Shown: positions 44,827-60,981 of the stretch, in pieces | How the letters are laid out: each line of letters begins with the position of its first letter | How positions within the stretch are numbered: the first letter of the stretch is position 1 | DNA from: Escherichia coli | GTDB lineage: Bacteria; Pseudomonadota; Gammaproteobacteria; Enterobacterales; Enterobacteriaceae | Reading direction: 5' to 3' (one strand) | Length of the DNA: 64,000 bases | Assembly (NCBI RefSeq): GCF_050920415.1 | Contig: NZ_CP169309.1 | Translations under genes and position numbers: made by a program | Notes under the pieces: model-generated | The model's input: the letters and a program-made list of their open reading frames with translations, nothing else | What the model was told of the DNA's origin: nothing | Databases searched by the model: none

Positions 44827-46968
44827 TTATCCCGCCATTTTTAGGACTCGTACGCGGTAAACGCCATCTCCGTCCTGTTTCGCGCCGTGAATATCCGTTT
44901 CAAAGCCGGGGTAATGTTGCCCTACGGAACAAAGCATCAGTAGAAAATCGAGTACTGTGCGGCTCTCTTTGGTCAGCATTTCTCCAGGCATCAACAGCGG
45001 TACGCCCGGTGGATAAGGCAGGATCATATTTGCCGATACTCTACCGACCAGTTGTTCCAGCGCAATGGTTTCTACTTCACCTTTAATCTGCCGTTGCCAT
45101 GCCTGATGTGGCGTCATGATCATCTCCGGCAAAGTATCAAATGCCCGCAACATCAAACCGGGAAGATCGTGTTTACGAATCAGCTTATGTATCCCTTGCG
45201 CGAGATCCTGAATACGCATATTGCGATAAAAATCGGGATCTTCTGCATAGAGATCGGGCAGCATATTTTTGATCCGCAGGTTGAGATCGTAAGAGCGCTT
45301 AAATTCCGTCAACCCACGCAATAATCCCATTGCTTTGGTTTTATCGATGCCAATACTAAAGAGAAACAGCAGGTTATAAGGGCCGGTTTTCTCTACTACG
45401 ATCCCACGTTCGTCGAGGAATTTTGCCACCAGCGCCGCAGGGATCCCCTCATCGCTCATATTGCCCTGCTCGTCCATCCCCGGTGTCAAAATAGTGACTT
45501 TAACCGGATCGAGAAACATATGATCGGCATCCGCATCGTTAAAGCCGTGCCACTGTTCGCCAGGCGCAACGGGCCAGCATTCGGCTTCATCCACCTGCGG
45601 CGGTTGCCAGATATCGAAAAACCAGCCGTCAGACTCTTCCCGCAGCCGCTGGACCTCTTTGCGAAAATGCAGCGCTCGTTCTACTGAACGGTTAATCAGC
45701 CGTTTGCCCGGATTACCACGCAGCATCGCCGCCGCTGTCTCAACCGAAGCAACAATGGGATAACTGGGCGAAGTGGTGGTATGCATCATAAAGGCTTCAT
45801 TAAACGCCTCTTCGTCGTACTCACCTTTAATGTGGATCAGTGATGCCTGCGACAACGCCGCCAGCATTTTGTGGGTCGATTGCGTTTCGAAGAAAACTTT
45901 TCCTGCCACCCGATCGCCACTCATACCACTTTTGCCCTGATAGATCGGATGAAAATGAGTATACGGGACCCAGGCGGAATCGAAGTGGATCGAGGGGACA
46001 TCCAGCGTCTGTTTGATCCAGTCGGTGTTGTAGAGCAAGCCATCATAGGTGGAGTTGGTGATCACCGCATGAACCGGCCATTGTGCCTGCGTGGTAGCAG
46101 CGACTTTCTCTTCGATACTGTCGCGGGTAAATTCTCGTCGCGGGATCCCGCCCAGAATCCCCAACGCATTACGTGTTGGTTTTAGCCAGACCGGCACGAC
46201 ATCGTTCATCATCAACAGATGCGCCAGCGATTTATGACAATTGCGGTCAATTAACAGCGTACTGCCGGATGGCGCGGCGTACATACCCACAATTTTGTTC
46301 GACGTCGATGTTCCGTTGGTGACGATATAACTCTGTTCCGCGCCGAAAGTCCGTGAGATGTATTCTTCCGCTTCCAGATGTGGCCCGGTGTGGTCGAGCA
46401 ACGAACCTAGCTCGGTTACCGAAATAGAGACGTCCGCCTTGAGGGTATTCCCGCCGAAAAAATCATAAAACAGACAGCCTACCGGGCTTTTCTGATACGC
46501 GGTGCCGCCCATATGCCCCGGCGTACAAAAGGTGTACTTCCGCTCTTTGACATAAGTAAACAAGGCTTTAGTGAATGGCGGGGTAATGTTATCGAGATAT
46601 TCGTTGGTGTACTGACGCATACGAATGGCGATATCTTCTGCCTGCCCCAGCGCATATTCAAAGAACCAGAGCGCCATCCGCATATCCTGCACGCTGACAT
46701 CCATCGTCGAGTGAGTATTGATGAAGGCATAAAGCGGGAGATATTCATTAAGTTGATTGATATCGCTACATAAATCGAGACTGTATTCATCCCAGTCAAA
46801 AATCACGCCGCATATTCGTGGGTTGTGTTCGATAAATTTCAGCAAATCAACGCTGTTTTGTGGCCAGATAATCTGAAAACCTTGCGCCACCAGCGCCGAC
46901 TCCAGTTCTTTGATGGGCTCATCTTTATAAAAGACGCCATGCGGTCCCATAATGGCAATGATATTCAT
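44827..46968 (-). CDS. ldcC: Lysine decarboxylase, constitutive
   Basis: 713 aa; recognised LdcC sequence (MNIIAIMGPHGVFYKDEPIKELESAL...). Confidence 0.95.
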   Translation of the reverse strand: MNIIAIMGPHGVFYKDEPIKELESALVAQGFQIIWPQNSVDLLKFIEHNPRICGVIFDWDEYSLDLCSDINQLNEYLPLYAFINTHSTMDVSVQDMRMALWFFEYALGQAEDIAIRMRQYTNEYLDNITPPFTKALFTYVKERKYTFCTPGHMGGTAYQKSPVGCLFYDFFGGNTLKADVSISVTELGSLLDHTGPHLEAEEYISRTFGAEQSYIVTNGTSTSNKIVGMYAAPSGSTLLIDRNCHKSLAHLLMMNDVVPVWLKPTRNALGILGGIPRREFTRDSIEEKVAATTQAQWPVHAVITNSTYDGLLYNTDWIKQTLDVPSIHFDSAWVPYTHFHPIYQGKSGMSGDRVAGKVFFETQSTHKMLAALSQASLIHIKGEYDEEAFNEAFMMHTTTSPSYPIVASVETAAAMLRGNPGKRLINRSVERALHFRKEVQRLREESDGWFFDIWQPPQVDEAECWPVAPGEQWHGFNDADADHMFLDPVKVTILTPGMDEQGNMSDEGIPAALVAKFLDERGIVVEKTGPYNLLFLFSIGIDKTKAMGLLRGLTEFKRSYDLNLRIKNMLPDLYAEDPDFYRNMRIQDLAQGIHKLIRKHDLPGLMLRAFDTLPEMIMTPHQAWQRQIKGEVETIALEQLVGRVSANMILPYPPGVPLLMPGEMLTKESRTVLDFLLMLCSVGQHYPGFETDIHGAKQDGDGVYRVRVLKMAG

Positions 46969-47019
46969 GTGTTCCTCCTGGAAAATCCTTCCTTAATCAT
47001 AGCCCGCTCAAACCATGGC

Positions 47020-47052
47020 GATAAAAAAGGGCCACCGAAGTGACCCTTTTCA
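47020..47052 (-). terminator. Rho-independent terminator downstream of accA
   Basis: AAAAAAGGGCCACCGAAGTGACCCTTTT: hairpin flanked by A- and T-runs between accA and ldcC. Confidence 0.7.
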
Positions 47053-47065
47053 GAACATTTGCTGA

Positions 47066-48025
47066 TTACGCGTAGCCGTAGCTCATCAGGCGCTGATAAC
47101 GACGATTTTTTAAATCTTCAGTGCTTAACACGTCGAGATCGGCCAGATCCGCCAGCAGCTGCGCTTTCAGAGACGCCGCCATCGCTTCCGGGTTACGGTG
47201 AGCACCGCCCAGCGGTTCCGGGATGATGGAGTCAATCAGTTTCAGTTCTTTCAAACGCGGAGCGATGATCCCCATCGCTTCAGCCGCCAGCGGTGCTTTG
47301 TCGGCGCTCTTCCACAGAATGGACGCGCAACCTTCCGGCGAAATAACGGAATAGGTGCTGTATTGCAACATATTCACTTTATCGCCCACGCCAATCGCCA
47401 GTGCGCCGCCAGAACCACCTTCACCGATAACGGTACAAATAGTCGGTACGCTAAGGCGAGACATTTCACGCAGGTTGCGTGCAATGGCTTCAGACTGACC
47501 GCGCTCTTCTGCGCCCACGCCCGGATAAGCCCCCGGGGTGTCGATAAAGGTGATGATTGGCATCTTAAAGCGTTCAGCCATTTGCATCAGACGCAGTGCT
47601 TTGCGGTAACCTTCTGGCGCTGGCATACCAAAGTTACGGCGAATTTTTTCTTTGGTTTCACGACCTTTTTGATGACCAATGATCATCACCGGACGACCAT
47701 CGAGACGGGCGATACCCCCGACGATAGCTTTATCGTCTGCATACGCGCGGTCGCCAGCCAGTTCGTCAAATTCATCAAAGGCCAGGCGAACGTAATCCAG
47801 GGTATAAGGACGCTGTGGATGGCGTGCCAGTTGCGCAATCTGCCATGCACCGAGATCGGCGAAGATTTTACGCGTCAGTTCTACGCTCTTTTCACGCAGA
47901 CGATGCACTTCTTCATCGATATTAATATCCAGTTTCTCATCCTGGCGGCTAACCGCAGTCAGAGAATCGATTTTCGCTTCCAGCTCTGCAATCGGCTGTT
48001 CAAAATCAAGGAAATTCAGACTCAT
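47066..48025 (-). CDS. accA: Acetyl-CoA carboxylase carboxyltransferase alpha subunit
   Basis: 319 aa; recognised AccA sequence. Confidence 0.97.
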
Positions 48026-48037
48026 AGTATTCCTGTA

Positions 48038-51000
48038 TTAGTCAAACTCCAGTTCCACCTGCTCCGAACCAATGAGGCCACGGAGATCGTTTAATAAACG
48101 ATCGCTCGGAGAGACACGCCACGTCGCGCCAAAACGCAACCGCGCGCGTGCATCCGCCCTCTGATAGTAGAGATGTACTGGAATTGTCCCAGAGCGGTGG
48201 GGTTCCAGAGACTGACGGAGTCGGTTTAAAAGCTGGTCATCAATTTGCCTGTCCGTCAGCGAGATAGCAAGCCCGCGAGCATATTTTTCCCGGGCTTCGT
48301 CAATATCCATCACTTCGCGAGCGGTCATTTTAAGCCCACCGCTGAAGTCATCAAAGCTGACCTGTCCGCTGACGATAAGTATGCGGTCTTTTTCCAGCAA
48401 TTGCTGGTATTTATCCAGGGCGTCAGTAAACAACATCACTTCCAGCCGCCCGGAACGGTCATCCAGCGTGCAGATACCGATACGATTGCCGCGCTTGGTG
48501 ACCATAACCCGCGCAGCAACAACGAGCCCCGCAGCCGTGGTGACTTTACCACGTTCTGTCGGGTGCATGTCTTTCAGCCTTACGCCTCCGACATAACGCT
48601 CAATCTCTTTTAAATACTGGTTGATAGGGTGTCCCGTCAGGTACAGACCTAACGTTTCACGTTCCCCATCTAACACCACCTGCTCCGGCCACGGTTGGCA
48701 ACTGGCGTAGGATTGTTCAATTTGTTCCGGCTCTTCTGCCAGCACGCCGAACATATCGGCCTGACCGATGGCTTCTGCTTTCGCGTGTTGATCAGCCGCC
48801 TTTAACGCATCGCCCAGCGAGTTCATCAGCGCCGCGCGGTGTGGCCCAAGACGGTCAAACGCCCCGGACATAATCAGTTTTTCCAGCACTCGCCGGTTTA
48901 ACTTTTTGGTGTCTGTACGGGCGCAGAGATCAAACAATTCACGGAAATAGCCGCCTTTATTACGGGCTTCAATGATCGCCTCAATCGGACCTTCACCTAC
49001 CCCTTTGATCGCGCCAATACCATACACGATTTCGCCGTCGTCGTTGACGTGGAAATGGTAAAGACCGGAGTTTATATCTGGTGGCAGGATTTTCAGCCCC
49101 ATCCGCCAGCACTCATCCACCAGGCCCACCACCTTCTCGGTGTTGTCCATATCGGCGGTCATTACTGCCGCCATAAACTCCGCCGGATAGTGCGCTTTCA
49201 GCCATAACGTTTGATATGAAACCAAAGCATAGGCCGCAGAGTGCGATTTGTTAAATCCGTACCCAGCGAATTTCTCCACCAGGTCGAAGATTTTCATCGC
49301 CAGTTCGGCGTTGATCCCGTTCTTTTCTGCGCCTTCAGCAAATACAGAACGCTGCTTGGCCATCTCTTCCGGCTTTTTCTTACCCATCGCACGACGCAGC
49401 ATATCCGCGCCACCGAGGGTATAACCAGAAAGCACCTGGGCAATCTGCATGACCTGTTCCTGATACAGGATGATGCCGTAGGTTGGCTCCAGTACCGGTT
49501 TCAGGCTTTCATGCTGCCACTGCACATCCGGATAGGAGATCTCTTCGCGACCATGTTTACGGTCGATAAAGTTATCCACCATCCCTGATTGCAACGGACC
49601 AGGGCGGAACAATGCCACCAGTGCGATCATATCTTCGAAGCAGTCAGGTTGCAGACGCTTGATCAGGTCCTTCATGCCGCGCGATTCAAGCTGGAATACC
49701 GCAGTGGTTTCCGAGCGTTGCAGCATGTCGAAACTTTTCTTGTCATCCAGCGGGATCGCGGCGATATCCAGCGGCGGCTCGCCATTCTTCGCCCGCCGCT
49801 TGTTGATCATCTCCAGCGCCCAGTTGATGATGGTGAGCGTACGCAAACCAAGGAAGTCGAACTTCACCAGCCCGGCGTATTCAACGTCGCTTTTATCAAA
49901 CTGGGTAACCGGATGTTTGCCCTCTTCATCGCAATAAAGCGGCGCAAAATCGGTAATTTTGGTCGGCGCGATAACCACCCCACCGGCGTGCTTACCAGCG
50001 TTACGGGTGACCCCTTCCAGTTTGCGCGCCATGTCGATCAGCGCCTTAACTTCTTCGTCCGCTTCGTAGATTTCCGGCAGTTGCGGCTCGGCTTCAAACG
50101 CTTTCGCCAGCGTCATCCCCGGATCGGGCGGGATCAGTTTCGAGATACGATCGACAAAGCCGTACGGATGCCCCAGCACGCGGCCTACGTCGCGGATCAC
50201 CGCTTTTGCCGCCATTGTACCGAAGGTGATGATCTGCGATACCGCATCACGGCCGTACATATCTGCCACGTGTTCGATAACCTGGTCGCGTTTTTCCATA
50301 CAGAAGTCAACGTCGAAGTCAGGCATGGAGACACGTTCCGGGTTAAGGAAACGTTCGAACAGCAGGTCAAACTCCAGCGGATCGAGGTCGGTGATTTTTA
50401 ACGCGTAAGCCACCAGTGACCCTGCACCAGAACCACGGCCTGGCCCTACCGGTACGCCGTTATCTTTCGACCACTGGATAAATTCCATAACGATGAGGAA
50501 GTAACCCGGGAAGCCCATCTGGTTGATAACCTGAAGTTCAGTATCCAGACGCTCGTCATACTCCGGGCGACGCTTAAGACGTTCTTCCTCGTCAGGGAAT
50601 AAAAATGCCAGACGCTCTTCCAGGCCTTCTTTTGCACGCTTGACCAGATAATCTTCGGTGCTCATGTCCCCGGTCGGGAACTGCGGCAGGAAGTATTCAC
50701 CCAGACGCACAGTCACGTTACAGCGTTTGGCGATCTCAACAGTGTTGGCAAGGGCTTCGGGGATGTCGGCAAACAGCTCGCACATCTCCTCTTCGCTGCG
50801 CATATATTGCTGCGGCGAATAATTACGCGGGCGTTTGGGATCGTCGAGAGTAAAGCCGTCATGGATCGCGACGCGGATTTCGTGCGCGTCAAAGTCGCTG
50901 CTGTCGATAAAGCGCACGTCATTGGTCGCCACGACGGGCAAACCGCGCGCTTCCGCCAGTTCCACTGCCGCGTGCAGATAACTTTCTTCGTCCGGCCTGC

Positions 51001-51520
51001 CGGTTCGGATCAGTTCGAGAAAATAGCGATCCGGGAAGTGCTCTTCATAAAACGCAACGCACTCATCTACCAGCGCGCTGTTACCACGCAAAAGACTGCG
51101 CCCGACGTCGCCCATGCGCCCGCCGGAAAGGAGGATCAGCCCTTCGTTTAATTCGATAAGCCAGTCGCGATCGATGATAGGCCCGGCGGCACCGTACCCG
51201 CGCTGATACGCTTTTGAGATCAGCAACGTCAGATTCTGATAGCCGATATTGTTCGCCGCCAGCACCGTCAGGTGGGTTAACTCATCACCCAGCAGGTCGC
51301 ACTGGACATTAAAATCTGCCCCGACGATGGGCTTAATCCCTGCGCCATGTCCCGCTCCGTAGAACTTCACCAGACCGCAAAGGTTGGTGAAATCGGTGAT
51401 CGCCAGTGCTGGCATACCCAACGCCGCCGCCTTTTTTACCAGCGGTGCGGTTTTGGCCAGGCCATCGATCATCGAGTAGTCGCTGTGCACCCGCAGGTGT
51501 ACGAAACGTGGTTCAGACAT
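48038..51520 (-). CDS. dnaE: DNA polymerase III alpha subunit
   Basis: 1160 aa; PHP domain at the N-terminus; recognised DnaE. Confidence 0.97.
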   Translation of the reverse strand: MSEPRFVHLRVHSDYSMIDGLAKTAPLVKKAAALGMPALAITDFTNLCGLVKFYGAGHGAGIKPIVGADFNVQCDLLGDELTHLTVLAANNIGYQNLTLLISKAYQRGYGAAGPIIDRDWLIELNEGLILLSGGRMGDVGRSLLRGNSALVDECVAFYEEHFPDRYFLELIRTGRPDEESYLHAAVELAEARGLPVVATNDVRFIDSSDFDAHEIRVAIHDGFTLDDPKRPRNYSPQQYMRSEEEMCELFADIPEALANTVEIAKRCNVTVRLGEYFLPQFPTGDMSTEDYLVKRAKEGLEERLAFLFPDEEERLKRRPEYDERLDTELQVINQMGFPGYFLIVMEFIQWSKDNGVPVGPGRGSGAGSLVAYALKITDLDPLEFDLLFERFLNPERVSMPDFDVDFCMEKRDQVIEHVADMYGRDAVSQIITFGTMAAKAVIRDVGRVLGHPYGFVDRISKLIPPDPGMTLAKAFEAEPQLPEIYEADEEVKALIDMARKLEGVTRNAGKHAGGVVIAPTKITDFAPLYCDEEGKHPVTQFDKSDVEYAGLVKFDFLGLRTLTIINWALEMINKRRAKNGEPPLDIAAIPLDDKKSFDMLQRSETTAVFQLESRGMKDLIKRLQPDCFEDMIALVALFRPGPLQSGMVDNFIDRKHGREEISYPDVQWQHESLKPVLEPTYGIILYQEQVMQIAQVLSGYTLGGADMLRRAMGKKKPEEMAKQRSVFAEGAEKNGINAELAMKIFDLVEKFAGYGFNKSHSAAYALVSYQTLWLKAHYPAEFMAAVMTADMDNTEKVVGLVDECWRMGLKILPPDINSGLYHFHVNDDGEIVYGIGAIKGVGEGPIEAIIEARNKGGYFRELFDLCARTDTKKLNRRVLEKLIMSGAFDRLGPHRAALMNSLGDALKAADQHAKAEAIGQADMFGVLAEEPEQIEQSYASCQPWPEQVVLDGERETLGLYLTGHPINQYLKEIERYVGGVRLKDMHPTERGKVTTAAGLVVAARVMVTKRGNRIGICTLDDRSGRLEVMLFTDALDKYQQLLEKDRILIVSGQVSFDDFSGGLKMTAREVMDIDEAREKYARGLAISLTDRQIDDQLLNRLRQSLEPHRSGTIPVHLYYQRADARARLRFGATWRVSPSDRLLNDLRGLIGSEQVELEFD

Positions 51521-51556
51521 CTTCAGATTCCGGTTTACTTAATCTCGACACAAGAA

Positions 51557-52153
51557 TCAGGACGCAAGTCCCAGTGCGCGTTTGACAGGCCCAAAGCTGC
51601 GACGATGATGTTCAGTCGCGCCATATTCAGCCAGTTTTTCCAGATGAAAAGCGGTTGGATACCCTTTGTGCTGGGCAAAACCATATTGCGGGAAAACAAT
51701 ATCCAGCGCCGCCATTTCAGCGTCGCGCGTCACTTTCGCCAGGATAGACGCAGCACTGATTTCCGGTACGCGGCTATCGCCTTTCACCACTGCCATCGAA
51801 GGCATCGGTAATTTTGGGCAGCGGTTACCATCAATCAACACATATTCCGGCGCAATATGCAGCCCCGCGACGGCGCGCTGCATCGCCAGCATGGTCGCGT
51901 GTAAAATATTCAGTTCGTCGATTTCGTGGGGTTCCGCGCGGCCCAGACTCCAGCTTAACGCTTTCTCTTTGATCTCTTCACAGAGCGCCAGACGGCGTTT
52001 TTCGCTCAGCTTTTTGGAATCATTCAGCCCGGCAATCGGGCGCGTCGGGTCAAGGATTACAGCAGCGGTAACCACCGCGCCAACCAACGGCCCGCGTCCA
52101 ACTTCATCCACACCCGCAACCAGCTGCGTGTGTGGATAAACAAATTCGATCAT
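51557..52153 (-). CDS. rnhB: Ribonuclease HII
   Basis: 198 aa; recognised RnhB sequence. Confidence 0.96.
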   Translation of the reverse strand: MIEFVYPHTQLVAGVDEVGRGPLVGAVVTAAVILDPTRPIAGLNDSKKLSEKRRLALCEEIKEKALSWSLGRAEPHEIDELNILHATMLAMQRAVAGLHIAPEYVLIDGNRCPKLPMPSMAVVKGDSRVPEISAASILAKVTRDAEMAALDIVFPQYGFAQHKGYPTAFHLEKLAEYGATEHHRRSFGPVKRALGLAS

Positions 52154-53298
52154 TGTGCTAACTCCAGAACGGCTTGTGCCGCCTGCTCATCGGCATTGCA
52201 GCGGATCTGCTGATGCAGCTCGCGGAAGGTGTCGTGCATCGCGTGGCTGGTTTTCCCGTTCGCCAACAGCGGTAACAGCGCCGCAGCCAGTTTTTGCGGC
52301 TCACACTCTTCCTGCAATAACTCTTTGACTAACTCTCTGCCCGCCAGCAAATTTGGCAGCGAGACATACTCGGTTTTCACCAGCCTCTTCGCCAGCCAGA
52401 AGGTAAAAGGCTTCATGCGATATCCCACCACCATCGGGCATTTCGCCAGCATGCACTCCAGGGCTGCCGTACCCGACGCCAGTAGCGCCGCATCACTGGC
52501 GACCATCGCCTCACGGCCCATTCCATCCAGCAGATGAACCGACAGGTCTGGCGCAACTTCAGCTTTGATACGCTCAAACTGCTCGCGGCGTTTGGCATTC
52601 ACCAGCGGCACCACGATCTCGAGATCGGGATACGTCTGACGCAAAAGCTGGGCCGTTTTCAGGAAATCGGCACTCAGCATCTCCACTTCCGCACCACGAC
52701 TTCCCGGCAGCAACGCAAGACAGTGAGCATCGTGAGGGATCCCCAGCACATCACGGGCGGCATTTTTATCTGGATCTAACGGCATGGCATCAGCCATGGT
52801 GTGACCGATAAAACGGCACGGCACGTTGTATTTGTCATAAAACGCTTTTTCGAAAGGCAGAAATGCGAGCACCAGATCGGTGGCTCTGCCTATTTTGAAA
52901 ACGCGTTTCTGTCGCCACGCCCAGACGGACGGACTGACGTAATGAATGGTTTTGATACCCTGCTTTTTAAGATTACCTTCGAGGGTAATATTGAAGTCAG
53001 GTGCATCAATGCCGACAAAAACATCTGGCTTCAGTTCGCCAAAACGCTTTGTCAGATCGGCACGAATATGCAGTAAGCGACGCAGACGACCGAGCACTTC
53101 AACAATGCCCATCACCGCCAACTCTTCCATTTCGTACCAGGCTTCGCAGCCTTCGGCCTGCATTCGTGGCCCGGCAACGCCAACAAAGCGGGCGTTGGGC
53201 ACTCGTTCTTTCAGAGCACGGATTAAACCGGCCCCCAGGATATCGCCGGAGGTTTCTCCGGCGACCAGGGCAATCGTTAATGGACGCTGTTCAGTCAT
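52150..53298 (-). CDS. lpxB: Lipid-A-disaccharide synthase
   Basis: 382 aa; overlaps rnhB by 4 nt; recognised LpxB. Confidence 0.96.
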   Translation of the reverse strand: MTEQRPLTIALVAGETSGDILGAGLIRALKERVPNARFVGVAGPRMQAEGCEAWYEMEELAVMGIVEVLGRLRRLLHIRADLTKRFGELKPDVFVGIDAPDFNITLEGNLKKQGIKTIHYVSPSVWAWRQKRVFKIGRATDLVLAFLPFEKAFYDKYNVPCRFIGHTMADAMPLDPDKNAARDVLGIPHDAHCLALLPGSRGAEVEMLSADFLKTAQLLRQTYPDLEIVVPLVNAKRREQFERIKAEVAPDLSVHLLDGMGREAMVASDAALLASGTAALECMLAKCPMVVGYRMKPFTFWLAKRLVKTEYVSLPNLLAGRELVKELLQEECEPQKLAAALLPLLANGKTSHAMHDTFRELHQQIRCNADEQAAQAVLELAQ

Positions 53299-54086
53299 TA
53301 ACGAATCAGACCGCGCGTTGAGCGTGCAAAGAAATCGGTAAAGGCTTTTACTTCCGGATATGTTTCCGCCAGTTCGGCAATTTCCGGTTTCACTTCATCG
53401 AGCGTTTTACCGCTGCGATAAATCAGCTTATACGCATTGCGGATAGCGGTAATCGCCTCACGGCTGAATCCGCGGCGCTTCAGCCCTTCGATGTTGACAC
53501 CGAACGGCGTTGCGTGGTTACCCTGCGCAATGACATAAGGAGGGACGTCCTGCGCCACACCGGAACAGCCGCCAACCATCACGTGCGCACCAATGATGCA
53601 GAACTGATGGACTGCGGTCATGCCGCCGATGATCGCGAAGTCGTCTACCGATACATGACCCGCCAGCGTTGCGTTGTTGGCGAGGATGCAGCGGTTACCT
53701 ACCGTACAATCGTGCGCAATGTGCGCGTTGATCATCAGTAAGTTGTCGCTGCCCACCTTCGTCAATCCACCGCCCTGGACTGTGCCACGATGAATGGTGA
53801 CGCTTTCGCGAATGCGGTTACGATCGCCGATTTCCACACGGGTCGGTTCGCCAGCATATTTAAGATCCTGGTTGACTTCGCCGATGGAGGCGAACTGATA
53901 AATCTCATTGTCGCGGCCAATTTTAGTATGACCATTCACAACAACGTGAGATTTCAGTACGGTACCCTCACCAATTTCGACATGGGGTCCAACGATACAA
54001 AAAGGACCAATGTGAGCGTTGGCGGCAATCGATGCGCCCTCTTCCACAATGGCGGTTGGATGCACAAAGGCGGATTTATCAATCAC
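53298..54086 (-). CDS. lpxA: UDP-N-acetylglucosamine O-acyltransferase
   Basis: 262 aa; hexapeptide-repeat protein; recognised LpxA. Confidence 0.96.
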   Translation of the reverse strand: MIDKSAFVHPTAIVEEGASIAANAHIGPFCIVGPHVEIGEGTVLKSHVVVNGHTKIGRDNEIYQFASIGEVNQDLKYAGEPTRVEIGDRNRIRESVTIHRGTVQGGGLTKVGSDNLLMINAHIAHDCTVGNRCILANNATLAGHVSVDDFAIIGGMTAVHQFCIIGAHVMVGGCSGVAQDVPPYVIAQGNHATPFGVNIEGLKRRGFSREAITAIRNAYKLIYRSGKTLDEVKPEIAELAETYPEVKAFTDFFARSTRGLIR

Positions 54087-54089
54087 GTA

Positions 54090-54545
54090 TCAGGCCTCCC
54101 GGCTACGAGCACACATCATCGTTGCTTCGCAAACTACTTTACCGTCGACCAGAGCAACCCCTTTAAAACGGGTCAGGCCGCGGCGCGTTTTTTCGAAAGT
54201 GACTTCCATGATCATTTGATCGCCAGGCACGACCGGGCGCTTGAAGCGCGCTTCGTCAATACCAGCGAAATAGTACAGCTCACCCGGTTCCAGTTTTCCT
54301 ACGCTTTTAAACGCCAGAATACCTGTTGCCTGTGCCATTGCTTCCAGAATAAGCACACCCGGGAAAATCGGTTTTCCAGGGAAATGGCCCTGGAAGAATG
54401 GCTCATTGACAGAGACATTTTTTACTGCGCGCAGAAAACGACCTTCTTCAAAATCCAGCACGCGATCCACCAGTAAGAACGGGAAACGGTGCGGCAGAAG
54501 TTCTAAAATCTCTTCAATCTGCAGAGTATGAGTGTTAGTAGTCAA
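54090..54545 (-). CDS. fabZ: 3-hydroxyacyl-ACP dehydratase FabZ
   Basis: 151 aa with a TTG start (complement of CAA at 54543-54545), giving [23 protein letters not shown]...; the listed ORF is extended to an upstream ATG. Confidence 0.93.
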
Positions 54546-54649
54546 GATACTCTTCCTGTCAAAATATAAGAAACGACAATAATAACACGGCCTGCCGCAA
54601 TCGTAAGAATGAGACAGGCCGTAAAGTTTGGCGAACAAAAGATGGAACG

Positions 54650-55675
54650 TTAGTCTTGTTGATTAACCTTGCGCTCAAGCGATTTCAAACGCTTGCTCAT
54701 GTCATCAATGTTCATCACCAGTGCAGCGGTTTTGCGCCAGACTTTGTTGGGTTGCAGCGGAATGCCTGAGGAATAGACGCCTGGTTCAGTGATGGGACGC
54801 ATCACCATACCCATGCCCGTAACCGTCACTTTGTCGCATATTTCCATATGCCCGTTGATTACGCTGGCTCCGCCGATCATGCAGTAACGACCAATTTTCA
54901 GGCTTCCCGCCATAATGACGCCACCGGCAACCGCCGTATTGTCACCAATCACGACGTTATGTGCAATCTGGCACTGGTTATCAATGATCACACCATTGCC
55001 AATAACAGTGTCATCCAGCGCGCCGCGATCGATGGTAGTACATGCGCCGATCTCCACGCGATCGCCAATAATTACGCGACCAATCTGCGGGATCTTCACC
55101 CAGTTACCCCGATCGTTGGCATAACCAAAGCCGTCTGCGCCTACCACTGTTCCAGACTGGATCAGGCAATTCTGACCGATCTGGATCTCATGGTAAATGG
55201 TTACGTTCGCCCAGAGACGCGAACCTGCACCTATTTTGCTGTTTTTACCTACGAAGCAACCGGCACCGATAATCACGTTATCGCCCAGTTCAACGCCGGA
55301 CTCAATCACCGCGTTAGCGCCAATCGATACGTTGTTACCCAGCTTCGCCGTCGCGTCAATCACTGCACTGGGTGCAATGTTCTGCGCAGGCTGCGGCGTG
55401 GTATCTAAAATTTGCGCCATGCGCGCGTAAGTCAGGTAGGGGTTCTTCACTACCAGCGCGGCACTTTTCGCGAAAGGAAGATCGTCCTGGGTCATGACAA
55501 CCGCGGACGCCTGGCACAAGCCTAAATGCTCACGGTATTTTGGGTTAACCATGAACGTGATGTGACCTGTTTGTGCAGATTGCATGGACGCAACGCCGGT
55601 GATGACGATATCGCCATCACCGTGTAGTTCTGCATCCAACTGCTGCGCTAAATCAGCCAGTCGAATTGAAGGCAT
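54650..55675 (-). CDS. lpxD: UDP-3-O-(3-hydroxymyristoyl)glucosamine N-acyltransferase
   Basis: 341 aa; hexapeptide repeats; recognised LpxD. Confidence 0.96.
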
Positions 55676-55678
55676 TAC

Positions 55679-56164
55679 TTATTTAACCTGTTTCAGTACG
55701 TCAGCAGTGATGTCTTTTACATCGCTGCTGTTGTAAGCAACGGCGTTTGCATCAACAACCAGATCGATATCCTGGCTGTTGGCAACGGATTTCACAGCAG
55801 TCTGGATACGAGTAACCAGTTTGCCGCGTTCTTCGTTGGAACGACGAGCGCGATCCTGCTCAAAAGCCTGCGCTTTCTGAGCAAAAGTCTGGCGCTGAGC
55901 CATCACGTCTTTTTCCAGTTTGGTACGATCGCTGCCCGCTTTCATGGACTGCAGCTTTTTCATTTTAGCCTGCAGATCGGTTTCCATACGCTGCAGTTCG
56001 CTGGCACGGCCTTTGAACTCATTTTCCAGCGTGTTAGAAACACCGGTTTTCTGCGCTACCTGCTGGAACAGGCTGCCCATATTGACGATTGCAATTTTGT
56101 CAGCCGCCTGAGCAGAAGTTGCCAGTGCTAAACCGAGACCTGCAGCTAATAACCACTTTTTCAC
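55679..56164 (-). CDS. skp: Periplasmic chaperone Skp (OmpH)
   Basis: 161 aa; signal peptide; recognised Skp sequence. Confidence 0.96.
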   Translation of the reverse strand: MKKWLLAAGLGLALATSAQAADKIAIVNMGSLFQQVAQKTGVSNTLENEFKGRASELQRMETDLQAKMKKLQSMKAGSDRTKLEKDVMAQRQTFAQKAQAFEQDRARRSNEERGKLVTRIQTAVKSVANSQDIDLVVDANAVAYNSSDVKDITADVLKQVK

Positions 56165-56285
56165 AATAAACTCCTTACCATCCCATTTGCACCGGAGGGT
56201 GCAGTTCTTTGCGTGGCCCGGCGATCTTATATTGATCGCCTAAAGTCATCGCTACACTACCACTACATTCCTTTGTGGAGAACAC

Positions 56286-58736
<2,451 letters not shown>

Positions 58737-58747
58737 CTAACTAACTC

Positions 58748-60100
58748 TCATAACCGAGAGAAATCATTGAAAAGTGCAAGCCCCATTAACAGCACCAGCA
58801 AAATCGAGCCAATGCGATAACAAAAGTCTTGAACCCGCTCGGATACCGGTCCGCCCTTGATCTTTTCGATCGCAAGGAACAGCAGATGCCCCCCGTCAAG
58901 TACGGGCAACGGAAACAGGTTAATTATCCCTAAGTTCACGCTAATGAGCGCAAGAAACGGCAGGTAATAAACAACCCCGAGTTCCGCTGTCATCCCAGCC
59001 CCCTTGGCGATAGAGATCGGCCCACTGAGGTTGTTCAGTTTCACATCACCGGTGATCAATTTTCCCAGCATACTGACCGTCAGCTTCATCAGCTGCCACG
59101 TTTTGTCCGTGGCTTCGACGATAGCGTTGAACGGCCCATACTGGCGTACAACTTTATACTCATCTGGCAAAGGAATGACTTTCGGCTCAATACCGACAAA
59201 ACCAATCGCTTTACCATTACCCGGTTTACTCTCCGGGATTAATGTCAAAGACAAGGGACTCCCCTGTCTTTCGATTTCTAACGCTAAGGATTTACCCGGG
59301 TTATCCCGGACAAGCATCACAAAGGTCACCCACTGCGTTAAGGGCTGACCATCGACTTTAACGATCCTGTCGCCTGCTTGCAAACCTGCCTTGCTTGCGG
59401 CCGAGTTTGGCTGCACATTTTCCAGTACAGGTTCAATTTGCGGGCCACGAGGACGAATCCCCAGCGAAGATACCGGATCTTCTTTATCAGGCTCAAACGC
59501 CCAGTGACGTAAATCGAGCTTTACATCCCGTCGTTGGTCGCTGCCAAATGGCGCTACCGTAATGGTGGTGCTTTCATCGCCAATTTTATCGACCAACTGC
59601 AAACGCACGGCATCCCAATCAGGCGTTTCGATACCATCTACGGCTTTTAGTTCCGTACCTGGTGCAATTTGTGCTTCCGCAGCTATCGAATTGGCTGCTA
59701 TTTCGCCAACCACCGGACGTACGCCAGGCACACCAATAATAAAAACCAGCCAGTAGGCAAAGATAGCAAAAATGAAGTTTGCAACCGGACCTGCGGCAAT
59801 AATCGCCGCACGTTGGCCGACAGATTTATTATTGAAGGCATGGTGGCGGAGTTCCGGAACAACCGGTTCTGCGCGCTCATCCAGCATTTTGACATAACCG
59901 CCCAACGGGATCAGGGCGATGACATATTCGGTGCCTAGCTTATCAGTTCGGCGCCAGAGCGCCTTGCCAAAACCTATTGAGAAACGCTCAACGCGAACAC
60001 CACAACGCCGGGCAACCCAGAAATGACCAAATTCATGCACGGTGATAAGTACACCCAGTGCAACGATGAACGAAGCCAAATCCCAGAGAAAACTCAGCAT
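58748..60100 (-). CDS. rseP: Regulator of sigma-E protease RseP (site-2 protease)
   Basis: 450 aa from the [13 protein letters not shown] start; zinc-metalloprotease motif HEFGH. Confidence 0.95.
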
Positions 60101-60111
60101 ATTACCTTCCG

Positions 60112-60969
60112 TTAAAGCGTCCTGAATACCAGTAACAACAAGCAAGCAAAGACCGGTACCGCAGCCGTCAGACTATCAATACGATCTAAAATACCACCGT
60201 GTCCTGGAATTAAATGACCGCTGTCCTTAATTCCTGCTTCACGCTTAAACATACTCTCGGTCAGATCGCCGAGCACTGAGGCTAACGCTGCGACAATAGA
60301 GCAAATGAGTAAGGTGACGGGAGCGACGTCGAGATTCGCCCACATGCCATAACCCCATGAGATTACCGCTGCAGTCGCGAGTCCACCGATAAAGCCTTGC
60401 CAGGTTTTACCCGGAGAAACCTTCGGTGCCAGCTTATGTTTACCAAACAATTTGCCAAACATATATGCGCCAGAGTCAGCGCCCCATACCAGGATCATGA
60501 CATAGAGCAGCCATATTGCGCCACTGTAATGATTCTCGTCGTAGTGCCAGGCCCGTAACGCCAGCATGCCCCAGAAGAAGGGAACAATGGTTAGCACGCC
60601 AAAAATAATGCGCAATGTTTTAGAGTTACGCCAGATTGCTGCGGAACCTGGGTAAAACAGCACCAGCAATAGCGCGACAATCCACCAACCCAGCGAAGCC
60701 CAAAGTGAGATTTCAACCAGCGGTTGATGAATATTTCGGTGATATTCCGGCAACAGAAAAAGCATCAGCGCCAACAATAACCCACATAACACCGCCAACC
60801 ATACTCGCTGCGAGCGAGTGGTAAAACCGCTAAGCTGTCCCCATTCCCACGCTGCCAGCATGCAGACCACCAGCGTTACAATGGCGAACCCCACCGGCGG
60901 CAACAGAAACAACGCCGCGATGACGACGGGTATTAACACAAAAGCAGATATCAGGCGATACTTCAGCAA
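60112..60969 (-). CDS. cdsA: Phosphatidate cytidylyltransferase (CDP-diglyceride synthase)
   Basis: 285 aa polytopic membrane protein; recognised CdsA. Confidence 0.95.
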
Positions 60970-60981
60970 AAGCGACCCCCA

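Noticed and set aside
47198-50401. Plus-strand ORFs of 298 and 270 aa antisense to accA and dnaE (also 53790-54476 and 54848-55408 opposite lpxA/fabZ/lpxD)
   Set aside because: Antisense to conserved essential genes, with no ribosome-binding sites or recognisable domains.
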